Origin: Craspedostauros australis
Lineage: Eukaryota
Length of the DNA: 48,062 nucleotides
Direction of reading: 5' to 3'
Assembly (NCBI GenBank): GCA_030167865.1
Contig: JALAGF010005683.1
Location: forward strand, 1-48,062
Made by a program: the position numbers and the translations under genes
Notes under the pieces: model-generated
Seen by the model: the letters and a program-made list of their open reading frames with translations, nothing else
The model's database searches: none
What the model was told of the DNA's origin: nothing
Shown here: positions 1-10,996 of the stretch, one piece after another
Layout of the letters: each line of letters begins with the position of its first letter
How positions within the stretch are numbered: the stretch's first letter is position 1

Positions 1-623
1 ACAACGTCGCTTGGAAGGAATCATCCGAGGCCGAGCGTATCCAGCAACAGATGTGACAGCAGATCGATGGTGCCAAGATCCCCATGCACACCATCAGGCC
101 CATCATCGATCGACTCATCGACAAGGCCGATCGTTTCTTCGAGTTGGGGATCTACTTCCACAATCCCTTTGCGCGGCAGTCCAAGGTGATGGTGGCCACC
201 ACCGGAAATCGCAACCGTGACTGCAATGGAAGCACCGGTGCAGACAAGGTTGCCGTCGTGATTGTCTGCGGTGATGCGGCGCACGCCATGCCGCCGTTCC
301 TTGGACAGGGCACCAATCAGGCCATCCAAGACGTCTACAGTCTGGTCAACGCCATTCGTCAATACACTATGCAGTACGATGGACAACTCAATGGTGGGAT
401 CAGCCTCGAAGACGTCCTGCGGACAGAATACATTGACAAGCGATGATCCACCACCACGGACATCATGGACATCACGACCACCACAGCCAAGGCCGGGCTT
501 CTGGGATACCTGGAGGCCTCATCGGGACCGTTGACCAAGTTCCGGAATGTGTCCTTCTTCACCATGGACAAAACAGTCGTTGCGAAGAAGATCTTTCTGG
601 ATGCAGCCATTCCGAGGGTATGA
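1..623 (+). pseudogene. C-terminal part of FAD-dependent monooxygenase (group A flavoprotein hydroxylase-like), interrupted by two in-frame TGA codons; 5' part outside window
   Basis: One frame reads NVAWKESSEAERIQQQM*QQIDGAKIPMH...DRFFELGIYFHNPF...VCGDAAHAMPPFLGQGTNQAIQD...YIDKR*STT...AKAGLLGYLE...KKIFLDAAIPRV*. GDAAHxxxPxxGQGxNxAIxD is the FAD-binding GD motif. TGA at 54-56 and 444-446; terminal TGA at 621-623. Confidence 0.8.
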
Positions 624-1100
624 GAATGTGTGTCGCGGTGTGAAATCGCGATGTGGTGCAGATAGGTTCTGTGGACGGCTTTCGCTTGTTGTTGATGGAC
701 CAGCCATACTCGAACAATCTAGACATTCCATACTTCTCATCAACCACAACACACAATCGCAATCATAATCACAATCTCAAGCGAATTCCTCCCAATCAAT
801 CAATAAATCAATCAACCAACCATCTCCCTTTCTCTGTGCCACGAGCACGAGTACACATGCATCGAGTACGCCCATGCTCGATCAACGCAGTACAAGTAAT
901 CGGAAGAAGGCTACACAGTATCCTATTGTGCGCGTGACATCGAACGTACTCGTACTATCTCAATTTTCGGTGCACTCCACCTTGCTTTGCAGACTGTCAA
1001 GCGGAACCTTCGTCGCTTTGACGAGTATGGCCAGTCCGTTATCACTTCCGATGCTCTGGCAGAAGCGCTTTGATCTATTCCAGGCGACAATTCGTCTTTG

Positions 1101-2864
1101 CTAGTTCTTCTCGTGGGCAGTGGAATCTTTCTCAAGTTGGACGAGCCGATCCGCTCTCTTGTCGTCCCATGCCCGCTTCAACATCTCACTGCCCTGCAAC
1201 AGAAGGTGGAAAGTCTCGCTTTTGGGATCCTTTGCACCCAATATATTCCAACGTCGGCGGCTTGTCATCAGCATCTTCCCAAACAGGGCCAGCGGCCGCG
1301 ACCATGTTGGAAGGGAACACAGCGCTGCTCTCACCTTGTTGCAATAATTTCGCCGCAAGATACGTTTAACAAGTGCATAGTACCAAGGGGCATGTTTGTA
1401 GGGCGGGTGTGGTCGAATGCGGAGATAGGTGAGTTGGGTAGTCTGCTCCAAGGCTTGCTGAAGTGCTTCCATTTGTGCTGGGAGGGTCTCAGGCGGAACC
1501 GTGGACATGTCGGGCTTCCAGAACTCCAAGTATGTGAGAGATGACAAGCTCTTGTTTCCCAGGAGCGATATCAAAATGTCGAACCATGCACCCTGCTGTT
1601 GTCGCGATAGCGCGTCCCAAAGATTGGAAATCTCTAGGCTCTTCAGGTGTGATGCATCTGAAAGAAGTTGGATGATCTGCTCGATTTCTTGTTGTGAGTA
1701 GATTCGTTGGCCGTTAGAGAGCCGCGACCAATCGATTTCGAGCTGGTTGATGCGCTTGTTTGACTGGAGTAGCTTTGCCAAGCTATCACAAGTGATACGG
1801 GTGCTATCAAAGGATACTCCGGTGATGCCGCAGTTGTTTGGAGACAGCCATCTGCACAAATCAGCGCCCCCATTGGCGAGCTTACACCCATTAAAGTCAA
1901 CGTATTTCGAGTTTTGTGAGATGTTGAACATGAGCTTGTCGCAATCAACAAGATCACAATGCCACAAACCCACACGATGTGTCACAAGAGGAATATCATG
2001 GAGCTGTTTCATCTCCACGAAGGACTTGTCCAATTCGATGCATTCGTCGAATGGAACTTTGAGTGGGTGTTTAGCAGCCAATCGAAGNNNNNNNNNNNNN
2101 NNNNNNNNNNNNNNNNNNNNNNNNNNNNNNNNNNNNNNNNNNNNNNNNNNNNNNNNNNNNNNNNNNNNNNNNNNNNNNNNNNNNNNNNNNNNNNNNNNNN
2201 NNNNNNNAGGTGACAAAGTAACGTTCTTGTGCCGCTTCACCATCGATTTCAAGTCATCAAAAGTGAATCCTGATTTGATCGCCATGTCCCAGTGTTCCTT
2301 CCGCTTGGGTGTGACACTGTAGCAGTCGATCTGCTTTGCTGTTGAGCACTGCGCGNNNNNNNNNNNNNNNNNNNNNNNNNNNNNNNNNNNNNNNNNNNNN
2401 NNNNNCTGTTTCATCTCCACGAAGGACTTGTCCAATTCGATGCATTCGTCGAATGGAACTTTGAGTGGGTGTTTAGCAGCCAATCGAAGCACGAAGCGAA
2501 TCGCTCGCTTGTCTTCTCCGAATTGGTCAATGGTGCCGAATTCCAGATACAGGGATCCAATGCGCATCTGCCCGTCGCCCCTGTCAGAACTGTCTCTCAG
2601 CAGAACACGAGGTGACAAAGTAACGTTCTTGTGCCGCTTCACCATCGATTTCAAGTCATCAAAAGTGAATCCTGATTTGATCGCCATGTCCCAGTGTTCC
2701 TTCCGCTTGGGTGTGACACTGTAGCAGTCGATCTGCTTTGCTGTTGAGCACTGCGCGNTGAACACGGTCTTCGATGACAGCTCTTTGCCATGGAGCTGTT
2801 TCCAGAATGCCTCGAAGTGAGGGTCATGGTTGGTGTTGGCGACATCATCCATGTTGCGGTTCAT
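1101..2864 (-). CDS. RNI-like/leucine-rich protein of unknown function; contains an internal duplicated segment spanning two N gaps
   Basis: Long ORF with LxxLxI-type segments (KRINQLEIDW, HLKSLEISNL, SLTYLEFW, QLTYLRI) and a C-terminal 'LRRN...' element. Positions 2004-2355 repeat 2406-2757 at a 402-nt offset. Confidence 0.6.
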   Translation of the reverse strand: MNRNMDDVANTNHDPHFEAFWKQLHGKELSSKTVFXAQCSTAKQIDCYSVTPKRKEHWDMAIKSGFTFDDLKSMVKRHKNVTLSPRVLLRDSSDRGDGQMRIGSLYLEFGTIDQFGEDKRAIRFVLRLAAKHPLKVPFDECIELDKSFVEMKQXXXXXXXXXXXXXXXXXAQCSTAKQIDCYSVTPKRKEHWDMAIKSGFTFDDLKSMVKRHKNVTLSPXXXXXXXXXXXXXXXXXXXXXXXXXXXXXXXXXXXXXXXXLRLAAKHPLKVPFDECIELDKSFVEMKQLHDIPLVTHRVGLWHCDLVDCDKLMFNISQNSKYVDFNGCKLANGGADLCRWLSPNNCGITGVSFDSTRITCDSLAKLLQSNKRINQLEIDWSRLSNGQRIYSQQEIEQIIQLLSDASHLKSLEISNLWDALSRQQQGAWFDILISLLGNKSLSSLTYLEFWKPDMSTVPPETLPAQMEALQQALEQTTQLTYLRIRPHPPYKHAPWYYALVKRILRRNYCNKVRAALCSLPTWSRPLALFGKMLMTSRRRWNILGAKDPKSETFHLLLQGSEMLKRAWDDKRADRLVQLEKDSTAHEKN

Positions 2865-3481
2865 CCTTTTCTTGTTGTCGCTGTCGTCACTGTTGGTGTT
2901 TCGGTTACGGCTGATGCCGATTGTTGCTGATTATTGTTGATTGTTGCTGATTATTGCTGTTGGTGATACAATCATGCGAGTAGAGCTGGTAGAACAGGCA
3001 GAGTATGTGGTCCCAAATCAGTTGCTGTCCTCTATTTCATGATCCTGTGCATTCATTACGAAGCAACGTGTCGTCAGTCAACATAGAATACCTGCATGGA
3101 CTTGCGCAGTTCCACCACTGTGTATGGTGTGGTGTGGTGCGGTGCGTTGTGGTATGTTGTGGCGTAGTGTGGTGTGATATGACCGTGGACAGCCACATCA
3201 TGATCCGAGGCTGGCTAGTTAGCTCGCTCGCACGATACGACCTTCGATGGTGCCCAACTTGTCCACGCTGTGCAGTCGCGCCTCTTCATGTGATACCATA
3301 GTTCGTGTAATATGAGTACATACCTCTGTGATGGTCTTGGGGGAGTCAACCATTCTGCCATACGAATGCATACTATCCGTACTTCGGCAGTTAGATGTCA
3401 TTGAACGACCGTAATGAGCGGATCCACGATGTGAGAACTCCGCCCTGACGACTTCTTCGGTGGACATCAGAGGCGTTTCTC

Positions 3482-3800
3482 GTGTTTTGTCGAGAGGATG
3501 ATGATGACGACGATGGTGTCACCACTCGTGTTTCAATCTGCAACCAACGTATCCAGGACTCACCTCCAACCAACACATCGGATTTCACCGAAATGCGGGG
3601 AAACAGCGTGTGTGCGAATACGGTTTGGATGACGTCATACAACCAATGGAACGAGGTTGAACTGACACGGTGTGCGCTGGATTCGCTGCCCATTTGTGGT
3701 AACAACGCAACCGCCACACGTCACCCTGTTGGATTTTTAGACGTCTGCCACGGAAATACAATGTCTGCGGAATCCAACACGATCTCAAAGATCCGAGAGG
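3482..3800 (+). pseudogene. Possible decayed LRR-protein relic
   Basis: VFCREDDDDDDGVTTRVSICNQRIQDSPPTNTSDFTEMRGNSVCANTV...LDSLPICGNNATAT loosely follows the cap and LxLxxNxLxGxLP pattern of the LRR gene at 41850-44324 (IFCDESDGTVTELRF...GTLPQE). Similarity is weak. Confidence 0.3.
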
Positions 3801-3941
3801 CGAAGAACAACCATCTGTGCCCGCTCCCATTCTCAACAGTAGAGGCAATACTCTCCATTCTCTGCGACAGCGTGACTCCTGTCATACAATTCATTCCGAT
3901 ACAGCACGGAAACGATCCATCCCATTGAAGGTATTGCCACC

Positions 3942-5267
3942 ATGCATTCCACATTGCTTCGTTCGATCGGCACGTTGGCCCGTCAGCCAGCTGCCAGGAC
4001 CTTTGGAACTCTGCGAGGGAGCGTGCGCAGCAGCCAGGGTCAGCGTGGCGTTCATCGCTTCGCCGCCGGGTTCCACAGCTCCGCTTCCCTCTGCAAGGAT
4101 GGTGAAGACGGTGGCAAGGAGGAGAAGGAGATGAAGAAGGAGGACAAGCCCAGCAACTGGTCCGATCCCCAGCGCGACGAATTCAAGTTCTGGAATCGTG
4201 AGGAGGACAGTGAGGATGCTGGCAAGACCAAGTACGTGCTGGACTTCTCCCCCTGGTCCATCAAGCAGGAGGCGCGCATCATCTCCCTCAGCGATTCGGA
4301 CGATGCAGCCAACGACGGGCTGCACAAGGGAGAGCTTCCCTTCGGTTCCCAGCTCCTTGGCGTCGGTGCGTCTGTCTCCGAGCTGGAGCAATTCAAGGAG
4401 CAGAACCCCAACGTCCTCTTCGTCAGTCCCTCCTGCCCGCACGCTGCCGAGCAGCTGCCTGCCACCCTCGAGGCATTCCCCTCCATCGAATGGGTCCACT
4501 GCCGCTCGGCCGGCATCGACTTCCTCATGTCCGATCACCTCACCCAATTCAAAGACAAGGTCACCGTCACCAACGCCAAGGGCCAATTCAGCTCCAGCCT
4601 CGCCGAGTACGTCATGATGGCCTGCAGCTACTTCGCCAAGGACCTGCCGCGCATCATGCAGAACCAAAAGGCCAAGAATTGGCAGAAGTTCGACGTCGAA
4701 GAGCTGCGCGGCAAGACCCTCGGCATCGTCGGATACGGCGACATCGGCCGTGCCTGCGCCAAGCTCGCGTCCGTCTACGGCATGCGCATCGTCGCCTTGC
4801 GCCGTCGTCCCTACCTCAGCCGCGACGACGATTACTGCGATCAGATCTACGGGACGGGCAAGGACGGTCTCAAACACCTCATGTCCGAATCGGACTACAT
4901 CGTCTGCTCGGCGCCGTCCACCGTCGAAACTCGCGGACTCGTCGATGCCGACGCCTTCGCCAACGTCAAGCAGAATGCCGTCTTCATCAATCTGGGACGC
5001 GGGCCCGTCATCGATGAGACCGCGCTGCAGCAGGCCCTGTCGGATGGTCGTCTCAAGGGCGCGGCGCTTGACGTCTTTCAGAAGGAGCCGCTGCCGCAGT
5101 CCAATCCGCTGTGGGACCTCGATAACATCCTCATCTCGCCGCACAACATGGATCAGACCGCCACCTTCATGCACGAGGCTACCGAATTCTTCGTCAACGA
5201 GAACTTGCCGCGATTCATGCTGGGTGAGCGCCTTCTCAACCCTGTCGACATCGAACGGGGGTATTAA
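3942..5267 (+). CDS. D-isomer-specific 2-hydroxyacid dehydrogenase (NAD-binding), probable mitochondrial presequence
   Basis: 441 aa. Motifs TLGIVGYGDIG (Rossmann), FINLGRGPVIDE, AALDVFQKEPLP and ISPHN. Arg/Ser-rich acid-free N-terminus and strong GC3 bias. Confidence 0.93.
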   Translation: MHSTLLRSIGTLARQPAARTFGTLRGSVRSSQGQRGVHRFAAGFHSSASLCKDGEDGGKEEKEMKKEDKPSNWSDPQRDEFKFWNREEDSEDAGKTKYVLDFSPWSIKQEARIISLSDSDDAANDGLHKGELPFGSQLLGVGASVSELEQFKEQNPNVLFVSPSCPHAAEQLPATLEAFPSIEWVHCRSAGIDFLMSDHLTQFKDKVTVTNAKGQFSSSLAEYVMMACSYFAKDLPRIMQNQKAKNWQKFDVEELRGKTLGIVGYGDIGRACAKLASVYGMRIVALRRRPYLSRDDDYCDQIYGTGKDGLKHLMSESDYIVCSAPSTVETRGLVDADAFANVKQNAVFINLGRGPVIDETALQQALSDGRLKGAALDVFQKEPLPQSNPLWDLDNILISPHNMDQTATFMHEATEFFVNENLPRFMLGERLLNPVDIERGY

Positions 5268-5990
5268 CTCGTCTTGCATTGCAACGGAATTATTATATGA
5301 CGGACAGTTAGATATTGGAATGGCATTTAAGATTATTTTTGCTCTGCTCTGCTCCATTCAGATTATAATATTATAATAGGAGGTATCCTCCCAAGACGAT
5401 AACTTTACTCGTCGAGTCTGCAACACGTCGTGTGACGCGAGTAGATCAGCAGTAGTCTTGCCAATCCGTGTTTTCATCCTCCGCCGTTTTGAAGGATAGC
5501 GCGTAACGCTTCCTAACGCTCCGATTGCCTTCTCACCTCGCCGTCATTTTTCTGTCCGAAACAAACAAGCCCCACAAATGGGAAAACTTGTCACTGGGAT
5601 GTCGTGTGTTACTGTTGATGGTTGATGGTGTCACGCCGACAACGTTGATGGCCAAGCAGGCAGGCCAGCAAACGAACTAACAATCACAAGAGACGAACAA
5701 CAGTTCGAAACACATTCCTCCGAGAGACCATCGTCGTGATCATCACCATCATCGCCACCCGAGCATTTTTCTGAATGAGGTCTTGCGAGTTTCCTGCAAC
5801 CAAAGAGCGAAGCCGTTGCCATACAAGTACGCACACCAATCATCCCAACGAACAACAACAACATTGATCACAAGTCGAAGAGAAACAGTTCCGACTCTCA
5901 TCGAAGAAGCTGGATGCGCAACACTCCACGTGTGCTATGCCACAGAACATCATCCAAGGCTCACAAACATACTTACACTCAGACACCACC

Positions 5991-7286
5991 ATGACAGAAG
6001 CCGAAGGAAGAACGATCGCACATCCGGTTGGCAGCAACGATAATCATGATGATGAATGCGCCGATGAATGTGGTCATGTCGACACGCAACGACGATACCA
6101 GCAAGCGTACGACGTGCTGTACCGCCGATATGCCAACCACAAGGAGGTCGCAGATGCCACCATCCAACAGGACATTCGATGGTTCCAGCGCATGGCCAAT
6201 GAGGAACCATGCGTCTTTGATCACACCAACGACGGCTTCACGTTGTTCGATCTCGCCATCTGCTTCACGGCGCCCATCGGCATCATCCGAACGCTGCATC
6301 GCATCCAGCCTCGCGCGGTGCGTCGCAGGAATCAGTGGCAGGAGTCGACGTTGATCGTCCTGCTCAAATACAACATCCCGCGCAGCAAGCAGCACCGCGC
6401 GACACCGCAGTACGCCATGCAACAGCGATGGGTGCTCGATGTCGCGCGATTCTTCATCAACGTGCATCCCGCCATCGTCACGCAGCGCGACAGTTTTGGT
6501 CGTCTGCCGTTGCATCATGCTCTGGTGGAGTATCATCCGCAGTTGATTCGGGTGCTGCTGTCGCCTGGAAGTATGGCAGTCACCATGCTGTCATCGTGGC
6601 AGCCGCAATCCAACAGTGCTTTGCGCTGCGCGTGGGAGAGGCGTGATGAGAATGGATCGTACGCGCTGTTGCAAGACATTCTGCGAACAGAGTTGAGGCG
6701 GTTGAAAGAAAGTGGGACGATCGAGGATACATGGACCGCGCTTTGTCAGGACAGCCATGTGTCGCATTTGGAAACGATACGGCTGATGTTGCAAGGCGGC
6801 TCAGAAAAGGATGGTGCGGGCGATGCCGTCCTGTCGACGCGGTTCGATTTTGGAGATGGTCGTCTTCCGTTGCATGCAGTTCTGGCGCCGAGAAAGACAG
6901 CGTCAACATCGACAACACAAGCATCTTCGCAATCCCCAACAATCCAAAGCAGTGGTGACCACCGCAGGAACCGTCTCCACCGTGCACCATTGGTGGTGTT
7001 GAAAGCCATCATTGACGCAGATGCAGCAGTGTTGATGATGCCCGAACAGCGCAACGGCTCGAGTCCGGCACATTTGTATCTGCAGAACTATATGTCATGC
7101 AACAGCCACAGCGACAACACCGCACTCTTCTACTTGCAAAACATGATCACATACGAATCCTTGGAGATGCACAACAGCAACGGCCTGAACCCGTTGCAGG
7201 TTGCGGCGACTCAGGATTGTTCCCTTGATTTCCTGTTTCAGCACCTGTGTTTGGATCCGGTGCGTCAGCTGACCATGGGCAGATAA
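5991..7286 (+). CDS. Ankyrin-repeat-like protein
   Basis: Repeated ankyrin-like motifs DSFGRLPLHHAL, DGRLPLHAVL, NGSSPAHLYL and NSNGLNPLQVAA...SLDFLFQHL. Start taken at ATG 5991; an in-frame ATG at 5937 is possible. Confidence 0.75.
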   Translation: MTEAEGRTIAHPVGSNDNHDDECADECGHVDTQRRYQQAYDVLYRRYANHKEVADATIQQDIRWFQRMANEEPCVFDHTNDGFTLFDLAICFTAPIGIIRTLHRIQPRAVRRRNQWQESTLIVLLKYNIPRSKQHRATPQYAMQQRWVLDVARFFINVHPAIVTQRDSFGRLPLHHALVEYHPQLIRVLLSPGSMAVTMLSSWQPQSNSALRCAWERRDENGSYALLQDILRTELRRLKESGTIEDTWTALCQDSHVSHLETIRLMLQGGSEKDGAGDAVLSTRFDFGDGRLPLHAVLAPRKTASTSTTQASSQSPTIQSSGDHRRNRLHRAPLVVLKAIIDADAAVLMMPEQRNGSSPAHLYLQNYMSCNSHSDNTALFYLQNMITYESLEMHNSNGLNPLQVAATQDCSLDFLFQHLCLDPVRQLTMGR

Positions 7287-8051
7287 GGACATCTAATACA
7301 ATGTTATACAACAAGAAATAAGTGTCGTGCGATACAAGTATGAGATACGATTATGAGTAGTATCATGGCATTGGTATAATACGTATTATATGATACAGTT
7401 CTTTATGTAAGCACAATGGATTGGTGCAGCTACCTGCACGCACAAGTGCAAGCACCGCAATTGTCCAAGTCGCTGAGTCTACATGAATCGAAACAAGACA
7501 GTCACTACAATTTTGAATCATTCGACCACGAGCTCCACGCGAGGTCCATTCGAAGCCAACAAACAGCAAATCAACGAAAACGGAATCGACCATGGCGGCG
7601 GCGATGACGGACCTGCCGCTGTCCAGCCGAGCTCGTGTTTCAGCAGGTGTTGTTGCCTTGAAAAGCGCAGATCGGAACAACCAACAACAGCGATCGCATC
7701 TGCGCAAACAACACGAAAGACGGTGATTGCTTGCCCTACTTTTTGTTTGATCACCATGTCCCTCTTTTCCGCAATGAACCGCCCTCTCATGGCGGGGGCT
7801 CGTCAGGCCCAACGGTACGTTATGCCATTGTGATTGCTGTTGCTTCTTCGTGCTTGTCAGTTGATGATGTCTTGCTTGCCTTCTTGCTTGCCTTCCTGAA
7901 GACCTTCTTGCTTGTCTTCCTGCTTCGGATTGCATCTCCAAGGTACGCCATCACTCACTCCATCCGCAACTGTCGCAACGAATCATCTATCCACACTGTA
8001 TGCACAAATGTCCATGCGCATGATACATGCACATCCATACACAGCCGCACA

Positions 8052-8273
8052 ATGGCCGGCGGACCCATCCCACCATCGTACAAGGTCAACAAGAACAAAT
8101 TCATCGAGGAATGGAACGGCCGACGAGAAATCACGGAGAAGTCCTTCACGGCACGTCCCGGCAAGGTCGCGCGCATCATCCTGTACACCATCGCCATTCC
8201 GTACGGATTCTACAGCCTCACGCGCGCCGAATTCCAAAGCAAGGGAGATCGACGATACAAGGATTGCGTGTAA
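8052..8273 (+). CDS. NDUFB4: Mitochondrial complex I accessory subunit, NDUFB4/B15-like (73 aa)
   Basis: MAGGPIPPSYKVNKNKFIEEWNGRREITEKSF...IILYTIAIPYGFYSLTRAEF resembles the plant-type B15 signature (MGGG..NKNKFIEDW..RE..E..F) followed by one TM helix. Coding-like codon bias starts at ATG 8052. Confidence 0.75.
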   Translation: MAGGPIPPSYKVNKNKFIEEWNGRREITEKSFTARPGKVARIILYTIAIPYGFYSLTRAEFQSKGDRRYKDCV

Positions 8274-8892
8274 GAGACATACGGCAGCCATGAGGAGGAT
8301 CGCGTCATGATTGGAAGGCGTCAAGGGTCCTCTTCGATCCAATCCCTTGGTGCCCCATCCATGTTGCCCCATCTGTGTATGATCCAATACCATGCAATCG
8401 CGATGAAACAATAGAGTATAATCGTACTCTACCATGCTCTACTGCTGGGATGTCTACTTCTGCCATGTCTGAATGTAATTTTCGAAGCATAGCTGTTTGT
8501 CTACGAGCATAACGCTGCATTCATCATCGCAGCCATCATCATTATCACTCTTGCCGCGGAGAACGACTTGTTCTTCATGCTGCTTTCGCGTATCTACGAG
8601 GACTGCCTTGCTCATTCGTCCACGCCTGTTGCTGACAGTAGCTTTCATTTCGTGAGCATCATCAGTTTCATCACGAAGATGATCATCATTTCAGCGTGGG
8701 CCGGAGACAACGAACTGTTCGAATAGGATTGCACTCTCGCACTGCTTCAGCGGAGAAGTATGAGCCAATACAGCACGGTTCAACAACACGCCAAAAACTA
8801 GAGAGAGTATTTTGCAAGTGTGTGTGCGCAGTCAACTCTAAGATACGATTATGTTCCCAATGTGCCGATGTTTAACTCGAGACGGATGCGTT

Positions 8893-10759
8893 TTACTCTT
8901 GTGGGGCTGATGGGGCTGAAGCTGGTGCCTCTGGCGCGGGACCTGCGCCATCGCCTCCGCTCTTATTGTTTGGGCCGCGTTTTCGGTTGTACTTGCGGTT
9001 GCCCCCGCGGCGCCGGTTTCTGGTGTCGAAGAAGACGATTCTCTTGGAGAGGAATTCGTTGGCCTCCATCACGTCCATTGGGTCGTTCTTGCCCTCGCCC
9101 CACAGCTTCTCCGTGGTATCCTCCCTGGTTGTCGATTTCAGGGATTCTGTTGTTGGCGTTGCCATTGTTGATGTTGTTGGTGAGGCCACACAGCACAGCA
9201 CCGGTGGCAATGCGATTTTTGTTTGGTGCGGTGGAGTGTGATGAAGACACAAAGCCAGGCATGCGGCAGACGGGTGGACAAACAGAATTGATGAGTGTTG
9301 GTTCGACAGTGATACATGGACGCATCCCATCTATTTGTATACATGGCAACGATTGCACGCAACCAGCAACCCAAGCGACCAAGCAATCAATAACACGTTT
9401 GTGTGTGCCATGATTGTCATAATTCCATCTCGCACACGCATCAAGTGCATCCTCGCAATACGTACCATCCGTCAATTTCAATTCCACAATTGCCGCATCG
9501 CCAACGGCCTCCACGGTTGTGGCCGACCATTCGGCGCCGTCTGCCTTGATGATCTTTGGCCATTCCATGGTGACGGATCCGTCCGGCGCGGTGGTGTAGG
9601 TTCCTTCCGCCAGCACGCCCGAGGAATGGGCCATCGCGGCGTATCCCTTTGTTCCCAGCTTGACAAAGGCCGAGTCGCCGACTGCGAGAAAGCAGCTTCC
9701 GTTCATGACCTTGATGTCACGGGATGTCATGGACTCCTGCACGGACGCCTCGAGGGTCGCAAACCAGCTGGGCTCCACCGGCTTCTTCGGGGCTCGTGGC
9801 TTGCCCTCATCGTCGCCTTCGCCATTTCCTTCGGCGTCACCTTCCTCGCCATCCTTCTTCTGACGGCGTGGCTTGTTTCGCTTGCCTCTTGGGTTCTGGG
9901 TGCCATCGCCGCCTTCGGCACCATCCTCGGCGTCCTGCTCCTCGCCATCCTCGGCTCCCTTGCCGCCCTTTTTGCGGTTGCCGGATTTGCGGTTGGAGTA
10001 GCGTGGAACGTGCGGGCACGGGCTGCCATCCGACGAGGTGACATCCTTGGCCTTCAGCTTGCCATTCTCATCCAGGTAGGTCAGGAACGAGGCCTGGAAT
10101 CCCTCTTTCTGTAATTGCAGGCATGCAGAGTGGCATGGAGTAATATGGGCCATTCATCCACACCCCAATGGCGACAAGTGCAGCGGTTGTCGCGGTGTCA
10201 CAAGGAGAGCATGGTACAATACCATCGTTGAGCAAATGACGTGAGAAAAGCATTGAGGTCAGTTTATGACTTTTGCCAAGTTGACGATGAAGAGACAGTG
10301 CATCTCGACCTCTCTCAGTCCAACTTGGGTCAATCAATGAATCAATCGATGAATCGGTCAAGCAGGCAATAGACAACCACGACGAGCCCCGCTCCCGTCA
10401 TCGTGCTCATCATCATCATCATCATCGCCACCAGCGCGCCTTTGAAAAAGTGAACGGCGTGGTTCTGCTCAGCATTTTGGCACGTGTGTGTGTGGAAAGA
10501 TACGGAATCCGAGATGAAGGACGGAGCCGACGACGATCGTTCGTCGTGGTAGGAAGTGCACGTGGTACTGAGATAGTTTCACCGACCGCAAAATTCCAAC
10601 ACTCACAAGGTTGGGGTAATCGGATTCAGTGACAATGGCGGTGGCGTGGACAAAGATATCCTCCTTGGTCGGGGCGTTGTCGCTGGTTGGCGCGATGAAG
10701 CCGTAGCCGGACTTGGTGGAAAACCACTTGACCGTTCCTTCGTACTTTGCGTCCGTCAT
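8893..10759 (-). CDS. Cold-shock-domain nucleic-acid-binding protein, 3 exons: complement(join(8893..9146,9466..10108,10607..10759)), 349 aa
   Basis: Exon 1 GTVKWFSTKSGYGFIAP...EDIFVHATAI (RNP1/RNP2) ends at a GTGAGT donor. Exon 2 follows a TACAG acceptor with KEGFQASF...KLKAKDVT, completing the CSD. The GTACGT donor and AACAG acceptor keep the frame into exon 3, which ends in an R/G/N-rich tail. Confidence 0.9.
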
Positions 10760-10996
10760 TGTGCTGTCGTTGATGTCGTTGCTGTTGCAGCTGAGTTGGT
10801 GATGATGGTGGTGTTGGTGTTTGTGTGGAGGAGGAGGATGTCTTTGTGTCCGTGTCGGTTGGGGACGTCGATGATGACTCTTTCCGCAATTGCCGTGGGT
10901 GTGTTGCGGTGAGTTTTGTGTGTTGGTTGTGTGTGGTGGTCTGGATTGGAAGGCAAAAACTCAGGTGTTCGCGTGTTGGAGCGTGTGAAGGCTAAC

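Noticed and set aside
54..446. TGA reassignment or selenocysteine recoding
   Set aside because: TGA is an ordinary stop in neighbouring genes, the positions are not in a redox Cys-type motif, and I recognised no SECIS.
3891..5357. 488-aa minus-strand ORF
   Set aside because: Antisense shadow of the GC3-biased dehydrogenase; no motifs.
7363..7941. 192-aa minus ORF and overlapping short ORFs
   Set aside because: The N-terminus derives from a (CTTG/CTT)n repeat at ~7870-7925, and there is no recognisable domain.
8963..10153. 396-aa ORF as a stand-alone gene
   Set aside because: It is exon 2 of the cold-shock gene read through into introns.
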